From positions 169-64,168 of the forward strand of contig DKAR01000108.1 in the NCBI GenBank assembly GCA_002450895.1: a DNA stretch of 64,000 nt, given 5' to 3'. Position numbers and translations under genes: made by a program. The notes beneath the pieces are model-generated. The model was not told the origin of the DNA. It ran no database searches and was given only the letters and a program-made list of their open reading frames with translations. Source of the stretch: Proteobacteria bacterium UBA6921 (lineage in GTDB: Bacteria; Pseudomonadota; Gammaproteobacteria; SG8-11). Of this stretch, positions 1 to 10,538 are shown in pieces. The stretch's first letter is position 1. Each line of letters starts with the position of its first letter.

Positions 1-1
1 G

Positions 2-427
2 ATGAACGCAGCGCAGCTGACGGACAAACTCGTTGACGCAATCAAGAGTGGCCAGTACGACGTGATCATTTGCAACTACGCCAATCCGGATATGGTGGGT
101 CACACGGGTAATTACGAAGCGACTGTAAAGGCCATTGAGACGATCGATGTTTGTCTCAAACGCGTCGTTGCGGCGACTCGTGAGCAGGGCGGCGAGCTGA
201 TCATTACCGCGGATCATGGCAACGCCGAGATGCTGCAAAATGAAGCAACTGGCCAGGCCCATACCGCGCATACGTTCAACCCGGTGCCGTTGGTCTATGT
301 CGGCCGCCCCGCCACGATTGCCGACAGCGGCGCACTATCTGATGTCGCGCCGACCATGTTGTATCTGATGGGTATTGACCGCCCGCAGGAAATGGATGGT
401 CGCATCCTGGTGTCCCTGAAGCAGTGA
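2..427 (+). CDS. gpmI: 2,3-bisphosphoglycerate-independent phosphoglycerate mutase, C-terminal fragment (gene begins upstream of window)
   Basis: The translation ends with the iPGM C-terminal motifs ([15 protein letters not shown]). The ORF is open at the window's 5' edge. Confidence 0.85.
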   Translation: MNAAQLTDKLVDAIKSGQYDVIICNYANPDMVGHTGNYEATVKAIETIDVCLKRVVAATREQGGELIITADHGNAEMLQNEATGQAHTAHTFNPVPLVYVGRPATIADSGALSDVAPTMLYLMGIDRPQEMDGRILVSLKQ

Positions 428-1611
428 CGCGCGAGCACGATCCGACTTCAATTCATTGCCGGCACGCCTCGCGCCCTTTTCTTTTTTCAATTGTTTTGGC
501 ATTTGCGTTCGCAACCGCCGCGCCCTCAAGCAGCGCCGCGGAGCCCAGTGCGGCGCAATTGGAAAATATTCGTCATCGTCTCCAGGTGCTTCAGGATGAT
601 ATCGCGCGAACGCAACAGTCACGCCGTGACGCGCGCGCGCAGCTGGCATCGATCGAGCGAAAGGTGTCGGATACCGCAAATCGAATCCGGCGCGCGGACC
701 GCGAGGTGGCACAGAAAGAAGTGCGCCTTCGGGAACTAAAGGACGACAAACGAAGTTTGCAGCGCCGTCTTGGCAATCAGCAGAACGCGCTTGCCCGGCA
801 GGTGCGCGCATCCTACGTTGTCGGCCGGCAGGACTACCTGAAATTGCTGCTGAATCAGGAAGACCCTTCGAATGTGGGCCGCGCACTGACGTTTTACCGC
901 TACTTCGATTCAGCCCGTGCGCGACAAATCGAAGGAATCAACCAAGAACTTGAAGAGCTGGATCAGGTCGAACGAGACATTGCCATTGAAGTGGGCGAAC
1001 TCGGAAAACTGACCGAGCGCCTGGCATCGCAACGCAGTGTGTTGGTTGCAATGCAAACGGAGCGCAAAGGAATACTGGACGGCCTGGATTCCGATTTACG
1101 CGATAAAACCAAGCAGCTTGAAAACCTGCGTGAGGATGAAAAGCAGTTAATGGTTCTTCTCGAACGGCTACGGAACGAATTTGCGGACATTCCACCGGAC
1201 CTGAACCAGAACATTCGTTTTTCAAAACTCAAGGGCAAATTGCCCTGGCCCACGCGGGGTCGAATCGTCGTGAACTACGGTGCGCCGCGTGGTGCCGGAC
1301 AAAACAAATCCCAGGGAGTGGTAATTGATACCGACGAGGGTGCCGACGTCCGTGCGGTGGCAGCCGGGCGGGTCGCATTCGCGGATTGGTTGTATGGCTA
1401 TGGCATGGTGTTGATTCTGGATCATGGCGACGGTTTTATGAGCCTGTACGCGAACAATGAAAGTCTGGTTAAAGAAGTCGGCGACTGGACCGAATCAGGA
1501 GAAGTCGTAGCCTCTGTCGGTAACACGGGTGGCCGCAAAGACGCTGCTCTCTACTTTGAGATTCGTCACAACGGCAAGCCCGACAATCCCTCGATATGGT
1601 TCAAAAGATAG
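424..1611 (+). CDS. envC: murein hydrolase activator EnvC-like protein with a coiled-coil N-half and a peptidase M23 (LytM) C-terminal domain
   Basis: A GTG start overlaps the gpmI stop (GTGA). There is a signal peptide and a long coiled coil. The M23 motifs are present ([32 protein letters not shown]). Confidence 0.8.
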   Translation: MTREHDPTSIHCRHASRPFLFSIVLAFAFATAAPSSSAAEPSAAQLENIRHRLQVLQDDIARTQQSRRDARAQLASIERKVSDTANRIRRADREVAQKEVRLRELKDDKRSLQRRLGNQQNALARQVRASYVVGRQDYLKLLLNQEDPSNVGRALTFYRYFDSARARQIEGINQELEELDQVERDIAIEVGELGKLTERLASQRSVLVAMQTERKGILDGLDSDLRDKTKQLENLREDEKQLMVLLERLRNEFADIPPDLNQNIRFSKLKGKLPWPTRGRIVVNYGAPRGAGQNKSQGVVIDTDEGADVRAVAAGRVAFADWLYGYGMVLILDHGDGFMSLYANNESLVKEVGDWTESGEVVASVGNTGGRKDAALYFEIRHNGKPDNPSIWFKR

Positions 1612-1695
1612 CCTGCATGGTTCACGGCATAGTTCAGTTTTTTGTGCTTCAATACGCTACAAGTCTTTAACGATCCCTATTTTCTGGAGCCTTGG

Positions 1696-3093
1696 ATGAA
1701 TCCCAAATACCGCAACCTCTCGATTCTGGCGCTTGGCACTGTTTTGGGCGTGTCGCTGGCCATCGGCCACGGTGTTCTCGCACAAAAGTCAGAACCGGTT
1801 GCGACCGGTTTGCCACTGGAAGAGCTGCGTACCTTCACGGATGTTTTCACGCGCATCAAACGAGACTACGTGGAGCCAGTGGACGACAAGACGCTCCTGG
1901 AAAATGCAATTCGCGGCATGTTGACCGGGCTGGATCCGCATTCCAGCTATCTGGATGAAGACTCCTATAAAGACCTGCAGTCCAGCACGTCGGGCGAGTT
2001 TGGTGGTTTGGGAATTGAAGTCGGAATGGAAGACGGGTTCGTCAAAGTGATTACGCCCATCGACGACACGCCGGCATTTCGGGCGGGCGTAAAAGCCGGT
2101 GACTTGATTATTCGACTGGACGAAACCCCGGTGAAGGGTTTGTCGCTTGGTGAAGCAGTAAAACTTATGCGCGGTAAACCGGGCACGGATATCGCTCTGA
2201 CCATCGTTCGCGAGGGCGAAGAGAAACCGCTGCGAATTACGCTGAAGCGCGACATCATTCAGGTCAAGAGTGTGAAGGCACGAACGCTCGATACCGGTTT
2301 CGGATATGTGCGAATCACCCAGTTCCAGTCGCATACCGGCGACGACCTGAACAACGCCATTGAAACATTGAACAAAGAGAACAAGGACGGACTGCGCGGT
2401 CTGGTGCTCGACTTGCGAAATAATCCTGGCGGCGTTCTGAATGCCGCGCGAGATGTTGCCGACGCGTTCCTCGAAAAGGGCCTGATCGTCTATACCGAGG
2501 GTCGGATTGAGGACTCGAAACTTCAGTTCAAGGCGACGCCGCGCGACGTACTGAACGGCGCGCCGATGGTGGTTCTGGTGAATGGCGGCTCGGCGTCCGC
2601 TTCGGAAATCGTCGCCGGCGCCCTTCAGGACCACAAGCGAGCTGTCATCATGGGTACACAAACGTTCGGCAAGGGATCCGTACAGACGATCTTGCCTTTG
2701 CCCAACAATTCCACCGCGCTCAAACTGACGACTGCACGCTATTACACGCCGTCCGGGCGTTCGATTCAGGCCGAAGGCATCAAGCCGGATATTCCGCTTG
2801 AGCCCGTGAAACTCGCCGAAGCCGAGCAGACCACGGTCGGAATGATCAAGGAATCCGATTTGAGCGGGCACTTGAAGAATTCTCAGGTCAAGGAAACAGA
2901 CAAGGATAAAGAAAAGGAAAAGCCGAAGGAAAAAGACAAGTCGTCGGCAAAGACCGGCAAGGATTCCGGAAAAGGTGATGCAAAGAAAGACGACCAGTCC
3001 TTGCTGAATCTGGCCAAGACGGATTACGCCCTGTACGAAGCGTTGAACATGCTTAAGGGCTTGAACATCCTGAAATCCGCCGGCGGAAAGTAA
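1696..3093 (+). CDS. ctpA: carboxy-terminal processing protease (S41 family) with a PDZ domain and a Lys/Asp/Glu-rich C-terminal tail
   Basis: A signal peptide follows MNPKYRNL. The PDZ domain (GIEVGMEDGFVKVITPIDDTPA) and the S41 core (LVLDLRNNPGG, GSASASEIVAGALQD) are both present. The envC-ctp order matches Pseudomonas. Confidence 0.85.
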   Translation: MNPKYRNLSILALGTVLGVSLAIGHGVLAQKSEPVATGLPLEELRTFTDVFTRIKRDYVEPVDDKTLLENAIRGMLTGLDPHSSYLDEDSYKDLQSSTSGEFGGLGIEVGMEDGFVKVITPIDDTPAFRAGVKAGDLIIRLDETPVKGLSLGEAVKLMRGKPGTDIALTIVREGEEKPLRITLKRDIIQVKSVKARTLDTGFGYVRITQFQSHTGDDLNNAIETLNKENKDGLRGLVLDLRNNPGGVLNAARDVADAFLEKGLIVYTEGRIEDSKLQFKATPRDVLNGAPMVVLVNGGSASASEIVAGALQDHKRAVIMGTQTFGKGSVQTILPLPNNSTALKLTTARYYTPSGRSIQAEGIKPDIPLEPVKLAEAEQTTVGMIKESDLSGHLKNSQVKETDKDKEKEKPKEKDKSSAKTGKDSGKGDAKKDDQSLLNLAKTDYALYEALNMLKGLNILKSAGGK

Positions 3094-3096
3094 TTC

Positions 3097-3651
3097 ATGG
3101 CCAAAGTCCTCGTTCCCCTGGCCCAAGGATGCGAGGAAATTGAAGCCGTAACGGTGATTGATGTGCTGCGCCGTGCCGGCGTCGATGTCGTCACCGCGGG
3201 TCTCGATAATAGTCCGGTCAAGGCCAGTCGCGGGACGCGGCTGATTCCGGATGTCGAATTGGAGTCCATCCTCAACGAGTCTTTTGACATGATCGTGCTG
3301 CCTGGCGGACAGCCCGGTACCGACAATCTTTCACTTGATTCCCGCATTGCAGAGCTGGTCACGTCCATGGCGCGACAGGACAAATACGTCTGCGCCATTT
3401 GTGCCGCGCCCAAGGTCCTGGCCTTGGCCGGTGTATTGTCGGGCCGCCGTGCAACAGCATTTCCCGGCACGCTTGAAAAACTTGGACGATCGGACATCTC
3501 GTTATCGCACGCGGCTGTGGAAAAGGACGGCCGCATCATTACCTCACGGGGCCCCGGCACCGCCATGGATTTTGCGCTCGAACTCGTCGAGCTATTGGTC
3601 GGCAAGGAAAAGCGTCAGGACGTCGAAAAGGCGCTAGTTCGCGCGATCTGA
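3097..3651 (+). CDS. yajL: DJ-1/PfpI family protein (YajL-like)
   Basis: The nucleophile elbow AICAAP and the motif MIVLPGG are present. The ATG lies 3 nt after the ctpA stop. Confidence 0.7.
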   Translation: MAKVLVPLAQGCEEIEAVTVIDVLRRAGVDVVTAGLDNSPVKASRGTRLIPDVELESILNESFDMIVLPGGQPGTDNLSLDSRIAELVTSMARQDKYVCAICAAPKVLALAGVLSGRRATAFPGTLEKLGRSDISLSHAAVEKDGRIITSRGPGTAMDFALELVELLVGKEKRQDVEKALVRAI

Positions 3652-4257
3652 AACAGGCTGTTTTTTTAGCGCTTCAAGCAGAGCTCGCAGCGCAATTCCA
3701 CGATGGCTAATGCGATTTTTTTCAGCCGGATCCAGCTCGGCGCTGGAACAGCCATGGGTGGGAACGAAGAACAAAGGATCATAACCAAATCCGCCGTTGC
3801 CTCGCGGCGCGTGAAGAATCGTTCCCTCCCAAGAACCCTGGCAGATCACCGGCGTTGGATCTTCCGCGTTGCGCAGAAATACGATGATGCATTGATAGCG
3901 CGCTGTGCGCTCCGCGTCCGGCGTATCCTTCAGCTTCTGCAGCAACAGGGCATTGTTCTCCTGATCCGTGGCCCCAGCGCCGCTGAAACGTGCTGAATAA
4001 ATGCCCGGCGCCCCGTTCAGTGCGTCGACTTCGATACCGGAATCATCGGCGAGCGCAGGCAGCCCCGTGGCTTTGGCGGCATGACGTGCTTTGATGATTG
4101 CATTCTCGACAAAAGTCAATCCGGTTTCGTCCGCCTCGGACACACCAAGTTGCGCCTGAGGAACGACTTCAAAATGCAACCCGGACAGCAGCTCGGAAAA
4201 CTCGCGAAGCTTCCCTTTATTGTTCGAGGCGAGAACGATGCGGTGGCCGGAAATCAT
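3634..4257 (-). CDS. rdgB: dITP/XTP pyrophosphatase (Ham1 family)
   Basis: The N-terminal motif [14 protein letters not shown] and the C-terminal motif FGYDPLF are present. It lies downstream of rph, as in many Proteobacteria. Confidence 0.9.
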   Translation of the reverse strand: MISGHRIVLASNNKGKLREFSELLSGLHFEVVPQAQLGVSEADETGLTFVENAIIKARHAAKATGLPALADDSGIEVDALNGAPGIYSARFSGAGATDQENNALLLQKLKDTPDAERTARYQCIIVFLRNAEDPTPVICQGSWEGTILHAPRGNGGFGYDPLFFVPTHGCSSAELDPAEKNRISHRGIALRALLEALKKQPVSDRAN

Positions 4258-4976
4258 GGATTCGCGGCAAGCGCCTCACGCTGTTTTTGGATGAGCAGCT
4301 CAATTCCGCTGCGTGCAAGATCGAGCATTCGCGTTAGTTCGTCATGGCGAAATGCATGACCCTCCGCCGTGCCTTGCAGCTCAATAAATGCACCGGCGTC
4401 GTTCATCACGACGTTCATGTCCGTCTCGGCCGAGGAATCTTCGGCGTAGTCCAGATCAAGAACGGGCGTTCCTTGATAAATGCCCACGGATACTGAAGCG
4501 ACGCCGCCGTGGATTGGATTCTTGGCCAGTTTCCTGTTTCGCTTCAGCCAGTCGATTGCGTCTACGAGCGCGACATATCCCCCGGTGATCGAGGCCGTTC
4601 GCGTACCGCCATCGGCCTGAAGCACGTCGCAATCGATCGCGACGGTGCGTTCGCCCAGGGCGGCCAGGTCAACAACGCCACGAAGTGCGCGACCAATGAG
4701 GCGCTGGATTTCCATGGTTCGCCCCCCCTGCTTTCCCTTGGCGGCTTCGCGATCCATGCGTTCGCCGGTGGAGCGGGGCAGCATCCCGTATTCGGCCGTC
4801 ACCCAACCCCGCCCTGAACCCTTCAGGAAACGTGGGACGGATTCGCTGACACTGGCCGTGCAAAGCACTTTGGTGTCCCCGAACTCGACCAGAACGGACC
4901 CTTCCGCATGTTTGGTATACCTTCGCGTAAAGACCACATTGCGCATCTGGTCTGGCGTCCGCCCGCTCGGTCGCAT
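4254..4976 (-). CDS. rph: ribonuclease PH
   Basis: The sequence [19 protein letters not shown] plus phosphate-binding GGTRTAS motifs identifies it. I chose the internal Met start; the ORF could extend to 5009. Confidence 0.9.
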   Translation of the reverse strand: MRPSGRTPDQMRNVVFTRRYTKHAEGSVLVEFGDTKVLCTASVSESVPRFLKGSGRGWVTAEYGMLPRSTGERMDREAAKGKQGGRTMEIQRLIGRALRGVVDLAALGERTVAIDCDVLQADGGTRTASITGGYVALVDAIDWLKRNRKLAKNPIHGGVASVSVGIYQGTPVLDLDYAEDSSAETDMNVVMNDAGAFIELQGTAEGHAFRHDELTRMLDLARSGIELLIQKQREALAANP

Positions 4977-5022
4977 CGCTATGCTCCTGATTTTTGAAGA
5001 GGGCGCCATTATACTCGGCCCG

Positions 5023-5069
5023 AAACCGGAGCGGTTTTTTAAGGCCGCGCTACCCAGCGCGGGGTTTTT
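5023..5069 (+). terminator. two consecutive hairpin-plus-T-run structures on the plus strand upstream of rpmB (aaaccg-gag-cggttt TTTT; ccgcgct-accc-agcgcgg GGTTTTT)
   Basis: The inverted repeats and T tracts are read directly. No plus-strand gene ends nearby, so their role is unclear (insulator, attenuator or sRNA 3' end). Confidence 0.3.
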
Positions 5070-5157
5070 CTGCTATAAAGTCGCGCTCGAAATTTTGAGC
5101 CGACACCCGATATGGGGTGACCGGCACTGAAAGCAGCCAGCCTTGGAGGCGAAGAAG

Positions 5158-5394
5158 ATGTCCAGAGTATGCCAAATCACCGGCAAACGGCCGATTACCG
5201 GGAACAACGTGTCCCATGCGAACAACAAGACGCGCCGCCGTTTCATGCCGAACCTGCACACGCACCGATTCTGGGTGGAAAGCGAAAACCGTTTCGTGCG
5301 TTTGAGAATCTCGTCGAAGGGAATGCGCATTATCGACAAGTACGGAATTGAAAAAGTGCTCGCCGACCTGCGTGCGCGCGGCGAAAGCGTCTGA
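5158..5394 (+). CDS. rpmB: 50S ribosomal protein L28
   Basis: [33 protein letters not shown] is a canonical L28 sequence. An RBS (GGAGG) lies upstream. Confidence 0.95.
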   Translation: MSRVCQITGKRPITGNNVSHANNKTRRRFMPNLHTHRFWVESENRFVRLRISSKGMRIIDKYGIEKVLADLRARGESV

Positions 5395-5406
5395 GGAGAA
5401 TGAATC

Positions 5407-5562
5407 ATGCGTGAGAAGATCAAGCTCGTATCAACGGCCGACACCGGCCATTTCTATACGACGACGAAGAACAAAAAGACGATGCCGGAAAAGATGGAAA
5501 TCAAAAAGTTCGATCCGGTAGCGCGCAAGCACGTTATCTACAAAGAAGCCAAAATCAAGTAA
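5407..5562 (+). CDS. rpmG: 50S ribosomal protein L33 (51 aa, missed by the 60-aa ORF cutoff)
   Basis: I translated it by hand as [51 protein letters not shown]. It sits 12 nt after rpmB. Confidence 0.9.
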   Translation: MREKIKLVSTADTGHFYTTTKNKKTMPEKMEIKKFDPVARKHVIYKEAKIK

Positions 5563-5592
5563 CACGGATTGTTGTGGCAGATGAAGCAAAAA

Positions 5593-5620
5593 AGCCCGCG
5601 CAAGCGGGCTTTTTCTTTTT
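5593..5620 (+). terminator. rho-independent terminator after rpmG (agcccgc-gcaa-gcgggct followed by a T run), flanked by an A run so it may also serve the convergent desaturase gene
   Basis: A perfect 7-bp stem and TTTTTCTTTTT are read directly from the sequence. Confidence 0.7.
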
Positions 5621-5637
5621 CTCGGTTCTTTTAACCG

Positions 5638-6816
5638 TCAGGTTGCGCGGAGTGTGTAACCACTGAGGTTGCGCGCAAATTCCTGCAGCGAACGGATTCC
5701 CGTCTCTTCGGCCCGGCGGCACCAGTCCTGCAGCTGTTTCAGCAGAACTTCCTGATGAGCAGTGGACCGCTTGCCGATTTCCTGCAGTTGCTGCTTGAAC
5801 TTGTACACGGTATTGAGCGCCTGGCTCAGGCTGAGCACCGTTTCGAGTTTGCGCTTTGCGTCGAGGCTCAGCAGGGACTCTTCGCGAACCAGCAACGAGC
5901 GACTGCGCTTATAGAGGCGTCGGTACGACGCATCTGCCTTGCGAAATTCATCCTTGAGCACGGGATAGATGACATCGCGGCAGTAACGCGACATGACCTG
6001 GAAACGGTTGATCACGATCGCTGCAACGGTATCGGAATCAATTCCTGGCTTCGGTGCGACAATCACAGGTTTAGGCGGAACCTTTTTCACGGTCGCAAGG
6101 CCCAGAATCTCCAGCGTGCGAATGTAAAACCAGCCGATATCAAACTCCCACCACTTTGACGACAGTCGTGCTGAGTTGGGATACGTATGATGATTGTTGT
6201 GCAGCTCTTCGCCGCCGATCAGGATGCCGAACGGGCTGATGTTGCGAGACGCGTCATTACATTCGTAGTTGCGGTATCCACGCCAGTGCCCGATGCCATT
6301 GATCACGCCGGCGGCCCAGAAAGGAATCCACAACATCTGAACGGCCCAGACCGTCAGGCCGATCGCTCCAAAGAGCGCTAGGTCGATGGCGAGCATTACT
6401 ACAATTCCGGAGTTGCCGACGCGATCGTAGAACTTTCTCTCCATCCAGTCGTCGGGTGTGCCCTTTCCGTACTGTTCCATTGTTTCAGCTTTTTCGGCTT
6501 CATTGCGATAGAGCTCGGCGCCTTCCCAAAGAACTTTCTTGATGCCAAGAACCTGCGGGCTGTGCGGATCATTTTCCGTTTCGCATTCAGCGTGGTGCTT
6601 GCGGTGAATCGCAACCCATTCCTTCGTTCGCATTCCCGTGGTTAACCACAACCAGAACCGGAAGAACTGACTGACCACGGGATGCAAATCCAGTGCACGA
6701 TGCGCCTGGTGGCGATGCAGGTAGATGGTCACTGCCGCGATCGTGATGTGTGTGGCCGCCAGAGTGAACGCGATAACTTCCCAAATCGAAGCAGACCAAA
6801 AGCCTTCGTACCACAT
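5638..6816 (-). CDS. membrane fatty-acid (acyl-CoA/acyl-lipid) desaturase, DesA-like
   Basis: Histidine boxes HRKHH and HNNHH with multiple TM helices are present. The ~390 aa length matches Pseudomonas DesA. Confidence 0.8.
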   Translation of the reverse strand: MWYEGFWSASIWEVIAFTLAATHITIAAVTIYLHRHQAHRALDLHPVVSQFFRFWLWLTTGMRTKEWVAIHRKHHAECETENDPHSPQVLGIKKVLWEGAELYRNEAEKAETMEQYGKGTPDDWMERKFYDRVGNSGIVVMLAIDLALFGAIGLTVWAVQMLWIPFWAAGVINGIGHWRGYRNYECNDASRNISPFGILIGGEELHNNHHTYPNSARLSSKWWEFDIGWFYIRTLEILGLATVKKVPPKPVIVAPKPGIDSDTVAAIVINRFQVMSRYCRDVIYPVLKDEFRKADASYRRLYKRSRSLLVREESLLSLDAKRKLETVLSLSQALNTVYKFKQQLQEIGKRSTAHQEVLLKQLQDWCRRAEETGIRSLQEFARNLSGYTLRAT

Positions 6817-6957
6817 AGATCAGATATTCCTTGTAAGTTTCGCTCTCGTCACCTTACCACGAAGCGCAAGAATCAAGTATTGCCGGGGCTTGCTTGAATT
6901 GACGGATTGTCGCCGCTACCATGGCCGGGCACTTCTGCCGGATATAAGAGCGCCAAC

Positions 6958-7536
6958 GTGAAATTCAATCGCCTTACATTAATAATCGGCCTTTTCGCCG
7001 TGGCCGTGAGCCAGTCACTGCGTGCCAGCGGTGAACTGGATATCAATCTTAGCGACGACAGCGTCCGCGTTCGCTACGGGCAGGACCTTCCAAGCGGCTC
7101 GCAAGGCCAGAAGCAATATGGCGTCGGCGTACTGTACAACACCGACGATAACACCATGGTTGATCTCTGGTTTCAAATTACCGACGAAGCGGGCAGCAAG
7201 GCCCCTGGACTGGATCTCAGCGTGGGTCCGAAAGCTTATTTTGGCTCTACAAAGACCCAGGAATACCTGGCCTTCGCCTTGGGCGGCGCATTGATCTATC
7301 GCCCGCTCGACGCCAATCGAATGTTGCTCACTGCAGAAGGTTACATCGCACCAAACATCGTCACCTTCCTCGACGCGAATAATCTTTGGGAAGTGAATCT
7401 GCGCTTGGGATACGAAGTTCTGCCGACTGCGGTCGTGTACATTTCCTATCGCCAGATTCGAGCGAACTTCGAACGCGTTGAGAACGAAGAAGTGGTCGAC
7501 CGCGGTGGTCAGCTGGGCCTCGATTTAAGATTTTAA
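6958..7536 (+). CDS. small outer-membrane beta-barrel protein (uncharacterised)
   Basis: A GTG start gives the signal peptide VKFNRLTLIIGLFAVAVSQSLRA. There is an alternating amphipathic pattern and a C-terminal LDLRF with terminal Phe. Confidence 0.5.
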   Translation: MKFNRLTLIIGLFAVAVSQSLRASGELDINLSDDSVRVRYGQDLPSGSQGQKQYGVGVLYNTDDNTMVDLWFQITDEAGSKAPGLDLSVGPKAYFGSTKTQEYLAFALGGALIYRPLDANRMLLTAEGYIAPNIVTFLDANNLWEVNLRLGYEVLPTAVVYISYRQIRANFERVENEEVVDRGGQLGLDLRF

Positions 7537-8271
7537 CAACGCGCGAGCAACGACCCAGACTTGTACGTCTTGCGCGCCCTTCCGCAGCAGTTCACGCGCC
7601 ATTTCATTCGCTGTCGCGCCGGTCGTCATTACATCATCGACGATCGCCACGCGTTTTCCGGACACTTCGCTGGATGCGACGAACGCCTTCTTGAGGTTGC
7701 GGCGGCGCTCGTCCGCCGTCAGCGTCATCTGAGCAACACCGGCAAGTTCGCGGCGACACAAGGTCTGGTCCATGGGTCGCTCAGCAACCTTGCCGGCCCA
7801 ATGAGCAATCTCCAGCGCCTGGTTGTAGCCACGTTCCTTGAGCCGATCCTTATGCAGCGGCACTGGAACGATGACATCGGCGTCATGCCCTGATCCGGCA
7901 ACAATCTCTCCGAGCAGGAGTCCGAGGACTCTGGCATGGCTGAGTCTGTTATGAAATTTGAGGTTTTGGAGCAGGGATCGAATCGGTGCCGCGTACTCGA
8001 AGGCGGCGATTGTGCGCGTAAATGCCGGGGGCTTCTGTAGGCAGGACCCGCACAGCCTAAAACCCGCTGAATGAATGGGCGAAGCACACTGCGCACATGC
8101 ATGTGACAACCACGGGAGCTCGGCGCGACACCGGCGACACAAATCCAGGCCGCCCTCACCCGTCGCGCTGCATACCATACAGACGGGCGGCGGCACGAGG
8201 TGAACAAATTGTCGCCAGTTGTTTTTAAGGTTCAGAGCTATTTTGAACCACTGCTGATATTGCGCTACCAT
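7525..8271 (-). CDS. comF: ComF family protein (phosphoribosyltransferase domain, competence-related)
   Basis: An N-terminal Cys4 zinc ribbon (CMVCSATGEG..CRRCRAEL..CAQCASP) and the PRTase motif VAIVDDVMTTGATANE are present. I chose the internal Met start; the upstream ORF extension is Arg-rich junk. Confidence 0.7.
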   Translation of the reverse strand: MVAQYQQWFKIALNLKNNWRQFVHLVPPPVCMVCSATGEGGLDLCRRCRAELPWLSHACAQCASPIHSAGFRLCGSCLQKPPAFTRTIAAFEYAAPIRSLLQNLKFHNRLSHARVLGLLLGEIVAGSGHDADVIVPVPLHKDRLKERGYNQALEIAHWAGKVAERPMDQTLCRRELAGVAQMTLTADERRRNLKKAFVASSEVSGKRVAIVDDVMTTGATANEMARELLRKGAQDVQVWVVARALLKS

Positions 8272-8315
8272 CGCCCCACCCGTCCAACGACCGCGTTCAG
8301 CGGAGAGATCTTCCC

Positions 8316-9347
8316 ATGCCCCAAGCCGAGACCTATACGCAAATCGACGCCATTCTCCAACGTCTGCTTGCCGGAGGCGAGACCACTCCCGACGAAGGGT
8401 TGTGGCTGCTGAACCTGGACGACGATTATTTGCCCTGGATGATGGCGTGCGCCGACCGTTTGCGAAAGACATTTCGCGGTGACGAAATCGAAGTCTGCGC
8501 AATTTCCAACGTGCGCTCCGGGAACTGCTCCGAGAACTGTTCGTTTTGCGCGCAGAGCGGGCATCACAAGACGGCGGCTCCGGTTTACAACTATATCAGC
8601 GAGGACCAGCTCATCGCGCAAGCGCGGCGTGCTCGGGAATGGGGCGCCAGTGACTTTGGCGTCGTCTCGAAAGGCTGGGGCGTGCGTGGAAAGAAAGAAC
8701 ATGCACAACTGAAAAACTACTTTGAGGCAATGTCTCAGGCGAGTGATATCGGCCGCTGCGCCAGCCTCGGCGTGCTCGACAACGAGACGGCGGAGCAGCT
8801 GCGCGGATACGGGCTGGAGAATTATCACCATAATCTGGAAACGGCGGAGAGTTTTTTCGACAACGTCTGCACCACGCATACGTATCAGGAAAACATCGAA
8901 ACCATTCGCATTGCGCGCGACGCCGGACTTCGCGTGTGCTCCGGCGGCATACTCGGCATGGGCGAAAGCAAGGCGCAGCGCATTGAGCTCGCCGTTACGC
9001 TCCGAAACCTCGGCGTGGATTCTGTTCCGCTCAATTTTCTGAATCCGCAACCGGGAACGCCGTTTGGTCATCTCGAGCCGATGTCGCCAATGGACATCCT
9101 CAAGTGCATCGCCGTGTTTCGATTCATGCTGCCAAAGGCGGAAATCCGCATCGCGGGTGGCCGCACGTTCCTCGGCGACATGCAATCCATGATCTTTATG
9201 GCAGGGGCTTCGGGCGTGATGATCGGTGACTACCTCACGACAAAAGGCCGCCAGGTTGAAGATGATTTACAGATGATTGATGCGCTGAAACTGAAGATTC
9301 GCGGCGATACTCAACAGCGCCGTGAAGCGCGTCAGGCAACTTCCTGA
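8316..9347 (+). CDS. bioB: biotin synthase (radical SAM)
   Basis: The radical-SAM motif CSENCSFCAQS and the BioB length identify it. It is the first gene of the bioBFHCD cluster. Confidence 0.95.
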   Translation: MPQAETYTQIDAILQRLLAGGETTPDEGLWLLNLDDDYLPWMMACADRLRKTFRGDEIEVCAISNVRSGNCSENCSFCAQSGHHKTAAPVYNYISEDQLIAQARRAREWGASDFGVVSKGWGVRGKKEHAQLKNYFEAMSQASDIGRCASLGVLDNETAEQLRGYGLENYHHNLETAESFFDNVCTTHTYQENIETIRIARDAGLRVCSGGILGMGESKAQRIELAVTLRNLGVDSVPLNFLNPQPGTPFGHLEPMSPMDILKCIAVFRFMLPKAEIRIAGGRTFLGDMQSMIFMAGASGVMIGDYLTTKGRQVEDDLQMIDALKLKIRGDTQQRREARQATS

Positions 9348-9374
9348 CCCGTTTATCTACTGTGTCGCCCAGTC

Positions 9375-10538
9375 ATGAGCTCGCCGTTAATGCAGCGCAT
9401 TGCGCGAGAACTCAATGAGCGCCGCGCCCAGCATCTTTACCGAACGCGTCGCGTTTGCTCGTCCCCACAGGGGGCGCGCATTCAGATCGACGGCCGTACA
9501 CTACTGAACTTCTGCAGTAACGATTACCTCGGACTCGCCAATCATCCTGCAGTGGTCGCAGCGCTCAACGAGGGCGCTTCTCGCTACGGTGTGGGTGCGG
9601 GCGCTGCGCATCTCATCAATGGACACAGTGCGGCACACCATGTGCTTGAAGAGGAGCTCGCAGAATTCGTTGGGCGACCTCGCGCGCTGCTGTTTTCCAC
9701 CGGATACATGGCCAACGTAGGCACCATTTCGGCGCTAACAGGAAGAGACGATGTCATATTGGAGGACCGGCTCAACCACGCGTCGCTGATTGACGGTGCG
9801 CGTTCCTCGGGTGCTCGCGTACGACGGTACCGTCATCGCGACGTCGAGCACCTGGACGAATTGTTAACGACTTCGACGCAAGCCGAGCGCCTGATTGTCA
9901 GCGACGGTGTTTTCAGCATGGACGGAGATTGCACGCCCCTGGAGAAATTGATTCCAGTGGCGCGCAAACATTCCGCAACACTGATGGTGGACGATGCACA
10001 CGGCATTGGTGTCGTCGGAACAGGCGGACGTGGAACAATCGAAACGGTGTCCGCGTCGGTCGATGACGTGCCCGTCTTGGTGGGTACGCTTGGCAAAGCG
10101 CTGGGTACCTTTGGGGCCTTTGTCGCGGGTTCAGCGGATCTGATCGAATACCTGATTCAAACCGCGCGCAGTTATATCTACACCACAGCCATACCCCCTG
10201 CCGTCGCTTATGCGACACGGACGAGCCTGCGCCTGGCGCGCGAAGAGACGTGGCGTCGCGACAAACTGCGCGCATTGATCGAGCGCTTTCGCGCCGGTGC
10301 GCAGCAGCTGGGAATTTCACTGCCTGACGCGTCAACGCCGATTCAACCCGTACTCGTCCATGAGTCCGAGACGGCGAATGCGCTCAGTGCAGCGCTAGCT
10401 GAGCGAGGGATACTCGTTCAGCCCATTCGACCGCCGACCGTTCCGAAAGGGCAGGCACGGCTGCGCATCACATTGTCCGCCGCTCATGAGGAGCAAGACG
10501 TCGATCAGTTGATAGATGCGCTCACGGTGTTGAAATGA
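9375..10538 (+). CDS. bioF: 8-amino-7-oxononanoate synthase (PLP-dependent)
   Basis: It has the class-II aminotransferase fold and the PLP-lysine region TLGKALG. Its position in the bio operon fits bioF. Confidence 0.9.
   Translation: MSSPLMQRIARELNERRAQHLYRTRRVCSSPQGARIQIDGRTLLNFCSNDYLGLANHPAVVAALNEGASRYGVGAGAAHLINGHSAAHHVLEEELAEFVGRPRALLFSTGYMANVGTISALTGRDDVILEDRLNHASLIDGARSSGARVRRYRHRDVEHLDELLTTSTQAERLIVSDGVFSMDGDCTPLEKLIPVARKHSATLMVDDAHGIGVVGTGGRGTIETVSASVDDVPVLVGTLGKALGTFGAFVAGSADLIEYLIQTARSYIYTTAIPPAVAYATRTSLRLAREETWRRDKLRALIERFRAGAQQLGISLPDASTPIQPVLVHESETANALSAALAERGILVQPIRPPTVPKGQARLRITLSAAHEEQDVDQLIDALTVLK

Noticed and set aside
1789-3126. 445-aa ORF on the minus strand overlapping ctpA
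   Set aside because: It is antisense to a well-supported S41 protease gene and shows no recognisable motifs. It is a typical high-GC antisense artefact.
8265-9185. 306-aa minus-strand ORF overlapping bioB
   Set aside because: It is antisense to biotin synthase and has no domain signature.
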